From contig CACLRL010000003.1 of the NCBI GenBank assembly GCA_902609285.1, positions 7,815 to 71,814 on the forward strand: a DNA stretch of 64,000 nucleotides, read 5' to 3'. Position numbers and translations under genes: made by a program. The notes under the pieces are model-generated. The model ran no database searches. It saw nothing but the letters and a program-made list of their open reading frames with translations, and was not told the origin of the DNA. This DNA comes from an uncultured Candidatus Actinomarina sp. Its GTDB lineage: Bacteria; Actinomycetota; Acidimicrobiia; Actinomarinales; Actinomarinaceae. Positions within the stretch are counted from its first letter, which is position 1. Each line of letters begins with the position of its first letter. Below, in pieces: positions 1-9,137 of the stretch.

Positions 1-349
1 TATCATCGTTAAGAATATTTTTAATAATAGGAAGCACTCCTTTTGAGTTATCGTTAATTTCTGTTTCACCAATAACTTTTCTTGTTTCAGATTTACCAGA
101 AGGATCACCAACTTGTGCTGTAAACTCTCCAAGTATTAAAACTGCAGTGTGTCCGTTATCCTGAAATTTTTTCAACATCCTTAAAATTGCATACCAACCT
201 AGGGTTACATCCGGAGCTGTTGGGTCAACACCCAACTTTACTCTTAATTTCTTTTTTGATTGAAGAAGATCCTTAAAGTCATTCTCAGGATTAATATTTG
301 TTGCTCTATCTTCTATATATTTCATTATATGACCAGTGTAAATCTCCAT
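1..349 (-). CDS. tyrS: tyrosyl-tRNA synthetase, N-terminal part (gene runs off the window start)
   Basis: Minus-strand translation from ATG at 347-349 (in-frame stops just upstream) gives MEIYTGHIMKY...KLGVDPTAPDVTLGWYAILRMLKKFQDNGHTAVLILGEFTAQVGDPSGKSETRK. This matches the TyrRS catalytic core (DPTA.., GDPSxK). It is absent from the ORF track because it is truncated. It is adjacent to mpg, as in Mtb Rv1688/Rv1689. Confidence 0.75.
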   Translation of the reverse strand, partial: MEIYTGHIMKYIEDRATNINPENDFKDLLQSKKKLRVKLGVDPTAPDVTLGWYAILRMLKKFQDNGHTAVLILGEFTAQVGDPSGKSETRKVIGETEINDNSKGVLPIIKNILNDD

Positions 350-909
350 AAGTGTTTATCACGTGGTTTAGAATTTTTTCTTTGCTTTGCTATCGCTCTC
401 TCAACAGGATGTATACGTGGTGATAAAGATATTGTCCCATCTAAAAGATTTTCACCATCTTGCTTAACATCTATACCAAGAGCCTTTGTTATATTTCCAG
501 GTCCATATAAATTATCATTTTTCATTTTTTGTTTTCTTCTTGTCTCGGCATAATTTTTACCAAGAATAATCTTTCCGGATCTAATCAATACGCCCTGACA
601 AGAACCGGGTTTAGATGTCAAAAAATAGAGACTGTTATTAGACCCGTATGTTTTTAAAACCATTATATGGGGTGGCCCTAGGGGTAAAGATACTGGTATT
701 TTTCTATTTAATTGATTTGCTAGAGACATCTCATCTCCATTTGCTGTACCAAATGCTTCTGTTTCTGTAATCATTATTTCAGTAAATTTATTTTTATATT
801 TTGTTGATATTCTCATACCTAAGATATCAACTGCAGCTTTTTGGGAGTTTTGTGAGAGTATTTGAAAAACCCTGTTGTTTAGACCAAGATTATCAATCAT
901 TATTACCAC
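325..909 (-). CDS. mpg: DNA-3-methyladenine glycosylase (Mpg/AAG family)
   Basis: ETEAFGT...GPPHIMVLKTYG...GVLIRSG...GPGNITKALGID resembles the Mpg family. The true start is probably the second Met (about 900), giving a small overlap with the pheT stop. The 3' end overlaps the tyrS start by about 25 nt. Confidence 0.7.
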   Translation of the reverse strand: MVIMIDNLGLNNRVFQILSQNSQKAAVDILGMRISTKYKNKFTEIMITETEAFGTANGDEMSLANQLNRKIPVSLPLGPPHIMVLKTYGSNNSLYFLTSKPGSCQGVLIRSGKIILGKNYAETRRKQKMKNDNLYGPGNITKALGIDVKQDGENLLDGTISLSPRIHPVERAIAKQRKNSKPRDKHLWRFTLVI

Positions 910-3259
910 TGTTGAGAGTGATTTTGAATTTTGCCTCTAATGAGTCAGAGATTTTCATCAATATTTGTCTTGTTTCGTTATCGTCATAAGTTTTTTCATA
1001 GCTTCTAGTAACTATTCTAATTCCTAAATTTCTTGAATTCTCATGTTGGAAATCATCAAATATCTCTATTTCATTTTCATTTTTACTTAATAATTTTTTG
1101 ATTTCGTCGACGATTAAATGAGCAGAAAATTCAACTGGAACTGAGAATGATAAATCGAATTTAATAAAGGGATACTGGGAAAGAGGTTGATAGTTTATTA
1201 GTTTTAATTCATTTAAATTGAGTTTATTTACATATATTTCTCCTAGAAAAACTTCATTCTCTAATTCAAAATTATTTTGTAATTCTGTAGACAATTGACC
1301 AAAATGCCCAACAATTTCATTATTTTTAAATATAGAAAAAGAATAATTTTGATGAAATCCTGGTTTTATTATTGGCTCCAATTGTGTATTGTTTATTAAT
1401 TGATTAATCAAACTTTTTACGTAATATATGTCAATACTTTGATCACTTTTTCTGATATCTTGAGTTGTTAGATTAGCTGATGTTATAAACCCAAGTACAA
1501 CATTTTGATTCGGCACATCATTAAATGTGTTATCCACAGAAGAGTTAAAAACTGTATTTATTTCGAAATAGCTGTTTAAAATGTTGTTTTGCTGAAGATT
1601 AAATATATAAGTATCTAAAAGACTTGACATTAAATTAGATCGTAAGTAATTGTTTGATTTATCAATTGCATTAAAGACCGTTACATATTTTTTTTCTGGA
1701 TTAAATACAGTATTCATTTCTTTATTAACAAAACTTAGAGTTTGTATTTCTTGAAAGTTGTTTGAAATAAGTATTTTTGAAAGATATTCTTTTACTTTCC
1801 AAAAATTACCCTTTTCATTTTTATATAGTCCTTGTGGAAGATTTGAAGAAAAATTATTAAATCCATAATGTTTTGCAAATTCTTCAATTAGATCCACTGG
1901 CCTGTCTAAATCATATCTCCATGATGGTGCGGTAAACTCGATGATATCTTTTTTTATTTCCCCATCGATCATTAAATTTTTAAGAGTTTTTTTAATAAAT
2001 GAATCTTTAAGTTCAATTCCAAGTAATTTTTTAATTTCATCTTTTTTGAGATTAACTTTTTCATTTTTGATGTTGTTTTTAGTATCAATACTTAATTCGG
2101 AATATTTTATGTCTTGACTATTTTTTAATGTCATGAGAAATTGTTCTAACCCGTATTTTTGAATGTTAAAATCTATTCCTCTTTCAAACCTAATTGAGGC
2201 GTCTGAAATAAGTCCCAATTTTCTTGAAGTTTTCATTATTGAAACTTTATCAAAGTAAGCGCTTTCAATTAGTAAATTAACTGTACTGTCAGTAACTTCA
2301 GTTTCAAGTCCCCCCATTACTCCAGCTAAAGCAATCGGTTTATCTCCATCAGTTATAACTAGATCATCATTTGTAAGTTTTCTTATTTGTGAATCAAGAG
2401 TTGTAACTGTTTCATTGTTTTTAGCTTTTCTAACAGATACCGTATTAAAAAGTTTATCCCTATCAAATGCATGTAGAGGTTGTCCTACGTCGTACAAAAT
2501 GTAATTTGTAATATCTACAACATTATTAATTATTCTTGTTCCAACATTTGATAATCGGTATCTAATTAAAAATGATGAATCTGTTACTTTAAAATTTTCT
2601 ATTTCAACGGAACCATATGAATCACATTCCTTAATTTTTCCACTGTTAGTGTTTAAAATGTTTGTTATCGATGGATTAAGTTTCGATTTTTTAATGTTTA
2701 TTTTTTTATCAAAGTAATTGGACAGTTCTCTTGCAATTCCCAAATATGACATACAATCACCTCTATTTGGTGTTATACCTATATCCCACAAATAATCTGA
2801 ACTTGCATATATAGATGAGAAATCAGTACCTGGTAGAATGTTATCGTCTAATATCAGTATGCCTTCATGATCATCCCATAGATCAAGCTCAGAGGCTGAA
2901 CAAATCATACCGTTAGATTCAACTCCTCGAATGTCTCTTTTATCAATTTTAAAACCATCTTTAATTTCAGAATTAGGAAGGGCTACAGGTACTACAGCAC
3001 CAACATCAAAGTTCCATGCCCCACATACGATCTCATAAGTTTTACTACCAACATCAGTTTTCGTTACTCTCACTTTGTCTGCATTAGGATGTGGGTATAT
3101 TTCAAGAACTTTTCCTACGACTATATTTGAATAATTCGGTTTTAAATCAGACTGTTCTTCAATTTCAAATCCTAAACTTTCTAGTCCTTCAGAAATGTCT
3201 TCATTTGATATTTCAGATATATCTATCCAATCATTAAGCCAAGATTTCAAAACTTTCAT
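893..3259 (-). CDS. pheT: phenylalanine--tRNA ligase beta subunit
   Basis: 788 aa with a tRNA-binding N-terminus (VGKVLEIYPHPNADKVRVTKTDVG), B3/4 and B5 regions. Immediately downstream of pheS. Confidence 0.9.
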   Translation of the reverse strand: MKVLKSWLNDWIDISEISNEDISEGLESLGFEIEEQSDLKPNYSNIVVGKVLEIYPHPNADKVRVTKTDVGSKTYEIVCGAWNFDVGAVVPVALPNSEIKDGFKIDKRDIRGVESNGMICSASELDLWDDHEGILILDDNILPGTDFSSIYASSDYLWDIGITPNRGDCMSYLGIARELSNYFDKKINIKKSKLNPSITNILNTNSGKIKECDSYGSVEIENFKVTDSSFLIRYRLSNVGTRIINNVVDITNYILYDVGQPLHAFDRDKLFNTVSVRKAKNNETVTTLDSQIRKLTNDDLVITDGDKPIALAGVMGGLETEVTDSTVNLLIESAYFDKVSIMKTSRKLGLISDASIRFERGIDFNIQKYGLEQFLMTLKNSQDIKYSELSIDTKNNIKNEKVNLKKDEIKKLLGIELKDSFIKKTLKNLMIDGEIKKDIIEFTAPSWRYDLDRPVDLIEEFAKHYGFNNFSSNLPQGLYKNEKGNFWKVKEYLSKILISNNFQEIQTLSFVNKEMNTVFNPEKKYVTVFNAIDKSNNYLRSNLMSSLLDTYIFNLQQNNILNSYFEINTVFNSSVDNTFNDVPNQNVVLGFITSANLTTQDIRKSDQSIDIYYVKSLINQLINNTQLEPIIKPGFHQNYSFSIFKNNEIVGHFGQLSTELQNNFELENEVFLGEIYVNKLNLNELKLINYQPLSQYPFIKFDLSFSVPVEFSAHLIVDEIKKLLSKNENEIEIFDDFQHENSRNLGIRIVTRSYEKTYDDNETRQILMKISDSLEAKFKITLNSGNND

Positions 3260-4251
3260 TAGAACTGCCTTAGAAATCTCAGATCATTTTCATAGAAATT
3301 TTTGATATGGTCAATCTTATAGCGAATCATTGCTAATCGCTCTACACCTACACCAAACGCAAAACCTTGAGAATTTTTATCGTATCCTACATGTTGAAAC
3401 ACATTAGGATCGACCATACCGCATCCCAATATCTCAAGCCATTCGCCATCTTTCCAACTTACTAATACTTCAGCTGATGGTTCAGTAAACGGAAAAAAAT
3501 GTGGAATAAATTTAGTTTTAATTTCTTTACCAAAAAATTCTTGAACAAAATACTCTAATGTCCCTTTTAAATCTGAAAATGTTAGATTTTCATCTACGGC
3601 CAAACCTTCGATTTGATGAAAAACTGGTGAGTGAGTTGCATCTAATTGATCGGATCTATAAACACGACCAGGAGCGACTATATAAACCGGTGGTTTATTA
3701 TTTTGCATGTGCCTTACTTGTACCGTACTTGTTTGAGTTCTGAGAAGTTGCTCTAAATTTTCATCTAAATAAAGTGTGTCTGATTCATAGCGAGCTGGGT
3801 GCCAATCAGGTGTATTTAAAGCATCAAAATTATGCCAAGAGGTTTCTGCTTCTGGGCCTGTAGCTACCGTATAACCAATTGCAGAGAATATATCCACAAC
3901 TTCATTCATAACACTTGTTAATACGTGCTCTCTGCTTCCTAAATCTTTGTACCAATTGATTGTTATATCTTTATTGTCATTTAATTCTTTTTCTTTAAAA
4001 AATTTAGATTGAAAACTTAATCTTTCTTGATTTAATCTTTCAGAAATTTGGGTTGATAGCTCTTGAAGGACTTTTCCATATTTTTTTCTAGAGATTTCAC
4101 TCATAGATGATAATTTCTTTCGTTCTTCTGAAATTAGCGAATTTTTACCTAAGTATTCTTTTTCTAAGTCATTGAATTCATCTATTTTAGTAACTTGTCC
4201 AACACTTAATAAAAAAGATGCAAATATCTTTTCTGTATTAACCTCAGGCAT
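3259..4251 (-). CDS. pheS: phenylalanine--tRNA ligase alpha subunit
   Basis: Class II aaRS core (FRxE-like ...HPARYESDTLYL..., ...GFAFGVGVERLAMI). The stop overlaps the pheT start. Confidence 0.9.
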   Translation of the reverse strand: MPEVNTEKIFASFLLSVGQVTKIDEFNDLEKEYLGKNSLISEERKKLSSMSEISRKKYGKVLQELSTQISERLNQERLSFQSKFFKEKELNDNKDITINWYKDLGSREHVLTSVMNEVVDIFSAIGYTVATGPEAETSWHNFDALNTPDWHPARYESDTLYLDENLEQLLRTQTSTVQVRHMQNNKPPVYIVAPGRVYRSDQLDATHSPVFHQIEGLAVDENLTFSDLKGTLEYFVQEFFGKEIKTKFIPHFFPFTEPSAEVLVSWKDGEWLEILGCGMVDPNVFQHVGYDKNSQGFAFGVGVERLAMIRYKIDHIKNFYENDLRFLRQF

Positions 4252-4603
4252 TTATATTTTTTTTGGCTAAATCAACAAGTTTTTTAAAACCATCAGGATC
4301 ATTTATTGCTAAATCTGCGAGTATTTTTCGATCAACCTTTACTTCTGCGTTAGTGAGACCGTTAATAAATTTAGAATATGGAAGTCCATGTTCTCTTGAA
4401 GCGGCATTTATTCTTGAGATCCAAATTTTTCTGTATGTTGCTTTCTTGTCTTTTCTATGTGCGAAAGCATCATTGCCAGCATGCATAACCTGCTCTTTTG
4501 CAGTTCGTAATCTTTTACTTCGTGCTCCTGTATAGCCTTTAGCTTGCTTTAGAACTTTTTTTCTTGATTTCCTGCTATTAACAGATCTTCTAACTCTTAC
4601 CAT
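4244..4603 (-). CDS. rplT: 50S ribosomal protein L20
   Basis: MVRVRRSVNSRKSRKKVLKQAKGY...HAGNDAFAHRKDKK is a typical L20. Confidence 0.95.
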   Translation of the reverse strand: MVRVRRSVNSRKSRKKVLKQAKGYTGARSKRLRTAKEQVMHAGNDAFAHRKDKKATYRKIWISRINAASREHGLPYSKFINGLTNAEVKVDRKILADLAINDPDGFKKLVDLAKKNINA

Positions 4604-4792
4604 TTAACTCAACAACTTTCTGATTTTCTTTGAATCACCCTTTGAGGATTCTACATCACGTTTTAGCCTAGACCAGGAGTTGCTTCCTTTGGCTAGTTTA
4701 TAGTGCGATCTATGGGCACGTCTTCTCATAAATTTTCCAGTTCCACTGACTCTAATTCTTTTTTTCATACCTTTATGAGTTTTGTGTTTCAT
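4604..4792 (-). CDS. rpmI: 50S ribosomal protein L35
   Basis: MKHKTHKGMKKRIRVSGTGKFMRRRAHRSH is a typical L35. It overlaps the infC stop by 4 nt. Confidence 0.95.
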   Translation of the reverse strand: MKHKTHKGMKKRIRVSGTGKFMRRRAHRSHYKLAKGSNSWSRLKRDVESSKGDSKKIRKLLS

Positions 4793-5319
4793 TTTTTACC
4801 TCCATTAGGTGCTAAAACCATTGTAAGTGAACGACCATCTGGTCTTGACGTAGATTCAACCATGGATAGATCTTCAAGCTCATCTCTCAAATTATCAAGA
4901 ATTTTTTGTCCTAATTCAGGATACTCTGCTTCTCTACCTCTAAATCTCATTGTGAACTTCACTTTATCTCCATCTTCTAAAAACTTTTTTGATTGATTCA
5001 ACTTAATTTTGTAATCATTAGTATCAATCTTTGGTTTTAGCTGTATTTCCTTTACGTTAATTTTTACTTGTTTTTTTCTTGATTCCCTTGCTTTTTGTTT
5101 TAATTCAAATTTATATTTTCCATAATCCATAAGCCTTGCAACAGGAGGTTTACTTTCCGGAGAGACCTCTACTAAGTCAAGATCAAGCTCTTCAGCAAGA
5201 ATCAAAGCTTTCTTCAACTCCAATTCTCCAACTTGTACTCCATCAGGGGCAATGACGAGTAATTTTTTAGATTTAATCTCTTCGTTTACATTTAATTCTG
5301 CTATTTGTTTTCCTTTCAA
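4789..5319 (-). CDS. infC: translation initiation factor IF-3
   Basis: IAELNVNEEIKSKKLLVIAPDGVQVGELELKKALILAEE...RFRGRE is an IF3. The ORF-track start (GTG at 5332-5334) lies inside a terminator hairpin. More likely starts are TTG (5319-5317) or ATA (5304-5302, preceded by AAGGA), consistent with the non-AUG start usual for IF3. Confidence 0.85.
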   Translation of the reverse strand: MKGKQIAELNVNEEIKSKKLLVIAPDGVQVGELELKKALILAEELDLDLVEVSPESKPPVARLMDYGKYKFELKQKARESRKKQVKINVKEIQLKPKIDTNDYKIKLNQSKKFLEDGDKVKFTMRFRGREAEYPELGQKILDNLRDELEDLSMVESTSRPDGRSLTMVLAPNGGKK

Positions 5320-5345
5320 TAAAAAAAACAGCACGAAGCTGTTTT
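5317..5345 (-). terminator. intrinsic terminator between ribH and infC (minus strand)
   Basis: Stem 5325-5332 / 5338-5345 (AAAACAGC / GCTGTTTT), loop ACGAA. On the minus strand it is followed by a U-run (plus-strand A-run 5317-5328). Confidence 0.6.
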
Positions 5346-5415
5346 AAAAACCTAACTATTTTTCACAGTAGGTGGAACATTGTTCGCTTGAATTCATTAT
5401 ATAACTAAATTTTGA

Positions 5416-5868
5416 TTATGTCGGAAAAAGATTATTTATGGCGTATGCAGATTCGGATCCTTTATTTTTATCATCCGTAGCTCTTTTTTTTGCTTGTTCA
5501 AGAGTTTGTACGTTAAGTACACAATTTGATATATAAACACCTTTTGTAATAGTTATTGATAAAAGTGCATTAGCAATGCTTGAAGATAAGTACTCATAGT
5601 GATCTGTTTCACCTTTCACAATAACTCCTATCGCAACGAATTTATCATATTCGCCAATAAGAGAGTTTATTTTATAAATTAACTCCCAACTACCTCCTAC
5701 ATTATATGTGTCACACTGAAAGCTATCATTAATAGACTTCTTAAAACCACTAACAAGTGATGTACTTATATCTTGATAATAATCAGAATGAACTATTGCA
5801 ATTTTATTCTTCATTAAAATTATGACCCATTTTATTTTCTTTAGTGTCAAGGTATGAAGAATTTTCAT
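5416..5868 (-). CDS. ribH: 6,7-dimethyl-8-ribityllumazine synthase
   Basis: KIAIVHSDYYQDISTSLVSG...GVIVKGETDHYEY resembles lumazine synthase. The probable true start is the internal Met (MKNKIAIV, about 5814), which removes most of the overlap with ribBA. Confidence 0.85.
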   Translation of the reverse strand: MKILHTLTLKKIKWVIILMKNKIAIVHSDYYQDISTSLVSGFKKSINDSFQCDTYNVGGSWELIYKINSLIGEYDKFVAIGVIVKGETDHYEYLSSSIANALLSITITKGVYISNCVLNVQTLEQAKKRATDDKNKGSESAYAINNLFPT

Positions 5869-7006
5869 TCGTTATTTTACCTTTCAATGGTGTTCTCTTT
5901 ACAATATTTAAACCAAATCCTTCAAGGCCTGCTCTTTTGCTAGGATTGTTCGTTAATAGGTTCATATTTGTAATTCCTAAGTCTCTGAGGATAAGTGCTC
6001 CTGTTCCATAGTCTCTTTGGTCCATTTCAAAACCTAATTTTAAGTTTGCCTCAACTGTATCAGCACCTTCATCCTGAAGTGAGTAAGCCTTTATTTTGTT
6101 ACCAAGACCTATACCTCTTCCTTCATGACCTCTCATATACAGAATAACTCCAGAACCATTTTGAACTATTGTCTCCATTGCATTATTTAGTTGATATCCA
6201 CAGTCACATTTATTCGAGCTAAAAACATCACCTGTAAGACACTCAGAGTGAACTCTCACCATAGTTGATTCACCCTGTAGATAATCTTTATAGGTAAGAG
6301 CAATATGCTCTGTATTGTCATTATTATCTTTATACACATGTGCGGTAAACTCACCAAAATCTGTAGGTACTTTCGCGCTAGACACCAAACTTACTGGATT
6401 GGATAATTTCAAGCGATACTCTATTAAATCTTTTATAGTTCCAATAGCAACGTTGTGCTTTGCTGAAAATTCAATAAGGTCATCTATTCTTGCCATTGAT
6501 CCATCATCGTTAATAATTTCACAAATTACGGCGACAGGATAATGGTCTGCAACTAAACATAAATCTACTGCTGCTTCTGTATGTCCAGCACGTCTTAAAA
6601 CTCCACCGTCCATAGCTTGCAAGGGGAAAACGTGCCCCGGAACTTTAAAATCATCTCTAGTTGCACTTGGATCACTCAATCCTTTAATAGTTTTAAATCT
6701 ATCATCAGCTGAAATACCTGTTGAAACACCATCGCCCATAAGATCCACAGATGTTGTAAATTGTGTATCCTCTTCATTATCAATTCCCTGCATTAATGTT
6801 AACTTTAATTTTTTAGCAACATCTTTAGCAATAGGTGCACATACAAGTCCTTTTGCATAAGTAATCATGAAATTTATATGTTCAGGTGTTAGATATTGAG
6901 AAGATACAATTAAGTCACCTTCGTTTTCTCTATCCTCATCATCAACGAGTATTACCATTTCACCTTTTTTAAATTTTTCAATAATAATTTCTATGTCACT
7001 TATCAT
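5804..7006 (-). CDS. ribBA: bifunctional 3,4-dihydroxy-2-butanone-4-phosphate synthase / GTP cyclohydrolase II
   Basis: 400 aa. N-terminal DHBP synthase (VILVDDEDRENEGDL), C-terminal GCH II (CDCGYQLN...RGHEGRGIGL). Confidence 0.9.
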   Translation of the reverse strand: MISDIEIIIEKFKKGEMVILVDDEDRENEGDLIVSSQYLTPEHINFMITYAKGLVCAPIAKDVAKKLKLTLMQGIDNEEDTQFTTSVDLMGDGVSTGISADDRFKTIKGLSDPSATRDDFKVPGHVFPLQAMDGGVLRRAGHTEAAVDLCLVADHYPVAVICEIINDDGSMARIDDLIEFSAKHNVAIGTIKDLIEYRLKLSNPVSLVSSAKVPTDFGEFTAHVYKDNNDNTEHIALTYKDYLQGESTMVRVHSECLTGDVFSSNKCDCGYQLNNAMETIVQNGSGVILYMRGHEGRGIGLGNKIKAYSLQDEGADTVEANLKLGFEMDQRDYGTGALILRDLGITNMNLLTNNPSKRAGLEGFGLNIVKRTPLKGKITNENSSYLDTKENKMGHNFNEE

Positions 7007-7577
7007 TAATCATTTTCTCCATATATTTAGCAAGTATGTCATATTCAATGTTAACTAATGAGCCATTTTTTAGGTATTGTAAATTTGTTCTTTGATAAGT
7101 TTCACTTATAACTGCAACACTAAATGATTCTTCATTCGGATCAACAACTGTTAAAGATATACCGTTTATCGTAATTGAACCTTTATCAACAATATATTTA
7201 GAATCGGAAATTTTAAAATAGTAAGTCCATAGATCATTTTCATTTTCTTCAATGTTTATAACTTCTGAAGTTGTGTCAACATGTCCTTGAACAATATGGC
7301 CACTTAAAAATGATGATAAGGTTGCAGGTAATTCTAGATTAATTTTTGAACCAGTTCTATATCCTTTTGCAATTGTTCTATTAAATGTTTCATCCGATAC
7401 TTGAAAATTTAATAAATCATTCTCGTAGTCACGTAAGGTAAGACATGTTCCATCAATCCCAATACTTGTTCCAGCATCAAGATTTTGATATGAGTTATTA
7501 TCAGTACTGATTTGAATAACATCATCATTTAATGTTTCAATTTTCCCAATTGAATTGATAATTCCAGTAAACATCAC
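6996..7577 (-). CDS. ribE: riboflavin synthase alpha subunit
   Basis: MFTGIINSIGKI...GTCLTL and a repeated lumazine-binding half (GHIVQGHVD) are typical. Confidence 0.9.
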   Translation of the reverse strand: MMFTGIINSIGKIETLNDDVIQISTDNNSYQNLDAGTSIGIDGTCLTLRDYENDLLNFQVSDETFNRTIAKGYRTGSKINLELPATLSSFLSGHIVQGHVDTTSEVINIEENENDLWTYYFKISDSKYIVDKGSITINGISLTVVDPNEESFSVAVISETYQRTNLQYLKNGSLVNIEYDILAKYMEKMINDK

Positions 7578-8557
7578 TTAATAGTATAAGTAGATAATGA
7601 ATTATCTTTAATCTGATATTGATCATTGAGAATATAATCTTTTTTCAAACTATTTTGAATTCTTGTATCTAATTTCAAACCATTTATTAAATTAGAATTA
7701 GATTTAAACATATAAAACTTATCTATTTGTTGTTGTTCAAAAAAGTATGAAAGAATCTTATTACCGCCTTCAATAAGCCCTGTCTTTAAGTTATTTCTTA
7801 ATACGTAGTCATTAAATGATCCTTCTTCATTTTCAACGTAGAATGAAAAATTACTATTATTTTTTTTATAGGTCTTTAAATCTTTTGTATTGTTTCCCCA
7901 AACGACGATTGGTGTTGGACTTGTAAATTTATCATCGAGGCGTACATTAAGTTGTGGGGCATCTTTTATTAACGTATTTTTTCCAATGATTATACAATCT
8001 ACGGTTGATCTAATATAGTGAGATATTTCACGAGATTGTTGATTACTAATATATTTATTGTTTTCTTTATAAATAATGTTGTCATTTGAGATTGCTACTT
8101 TACCAATTAAAAAAGGATTTGTATCAGAGTATTTATATCCAGGGTTAAGAAATTCATTAACACCTTCTTCAACTATTACTTCTATATCGTTTTGTCTTAA
8201 GAGATCTATACCTTTTCCATCTGTTCTTTTATCTTTATCAATATCTCCTACCACTACCGATTTGATACCTGTCTGTATTACAGCTGATGCGCAGGAAGGT
8301 GACGTATCATTATGAAAGCAAGGTTCTAGAGTTACGTATAACGTATCATCAGGTGTTACTTCTGAATTCTTAAATAGACTGTATTCTGCATGATCGTATC
8401 CCTTATTTTGATGTGCTGCAACTTTTTTAATTTTATTATTTTTATCAACAAGTACAGCTCCCACTCTCGGGTTTGGTGTTGGGTTATAACGCAATGCAAC
8501 TTTTATAGCTTCAATCATGTATTCAGAGAAGTTTAAGAATTCAAGACTATTTTGCAA
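7574..8557 (-). CDS. ribD: bifunctional diaminohydroxyphosphoribosylaminopyrimidine deaminase / 5-amino-6-(5-phosphoribosylamino)uracil reductase
   Basis: CDA zinc motif HAEYSLF...TLEPCFHNDTSPSC plus a C-terminal reductase domain. Confidence 0.85.
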   Translation of the reverse strand: MQNSLEFLNFSEYMIEAIKVALRYNPTPNPRVGAVLVDKNNKIKKVAAHQNKGYDHAEYSLFKNSEVTPDDTLYVTLEPCFHNDTSPSCASAVIQTGIKSVVVGDIDKDKRTDGKGIDLLRQNDIEVIVEEGVNEFLNPGYKYSDTNPFLIGKVAISNDNIIYKENNKYISNQQSREISHYIRSTVDCIIIGKNTLIKDAPQLNVRLDDKFTSPTPIVVWGNNTKDLKTYKKNNSNFSFYVENEEGSFNDYVLRNNLKTGLIEGGNKILSYFFEQQQIDKFYMFKSNSNLINGLKLDTRIQNSLKKDYILNDQYQIKDNSLSTYTIK

Positions 8558-9137
8558 ATATAGCTCCCCCCTGAACAGCTATATCGACATCAAGATTTCT
8601 TAAGGATTCTAATTCTTCTTTTTTTACTCCCCCATCAACAATTAACAAATTGGAGTAACCATGATAGAGATCTTTAAATTCTTGTACCCTGTCAATTAAA
8701 TTTACTGCCTTAGTTTGATTTGAGAAACCAGGATTAACTGTCAATAATAAGACACTATAGGTTGTATCGATGTAAGTAGATAAAGTTTTCATATCTGTAG
8801 TAGGAAGTATTCCAATACCCACATATGTAAATTTGTTCACAAGCGAATTAAAGATTTTTGGAGTTGTAGTTTCACAATGTACAGTGACAATATCAGAACC
8901 ATATTCAAAAGCTTTTCGTGTAAACAGTTCGTTATTATTCAGCATCAAATGGGTGTCAATCACGTAATCTGTATTTTTTTTGATGTATTCAATAATTGCA
9001 ACAGGAAGGGATATATTATTTGTAAAGTTCCCATCAGTTATATCAACATGTAATTGATCAAAACTATCACTAAATTCATTTAGCTCATTTAGAAGATTAT
9101 AAATGTTAGATGCCTGAATACTTGCCGAAATCTTCAT
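8547..9137 (-). CDS. rpe: ribulose-phosphate 3-epimerase
   Basis: HVDITDGNF...DTHLML...LLLTVNPGF...VDGGV are typical Rpe motifs. Confidence 0.85.
   Translation of the reverse strand: MKISASIQASNIYNLLNELNEFSDSFDQLHVDITDGNFTNNISLPVAIIEYIKKNTDYVIDTHLMLNNNELFTRKAFEYGSDIVTVHCETTTPKIFNSLVNKFTYVGIGILPTTDMKTLSTYIDTTYSVLLLTVNPGFSNQTKAVNLIDRVQEFKDLYHGYSNLLIVDGGVKKEELESLRNLDVDIAVQGGAIFAK

Noticed and set aside
260-989. ORF-track ORFs 260-553(+) and 801-989(+)
   Set aside because: They are antisense to, or overlap, the well-supported mpg and tyrS/pheT coding frames. They are low-complexity with no motifs, so they are shadow ORFs.
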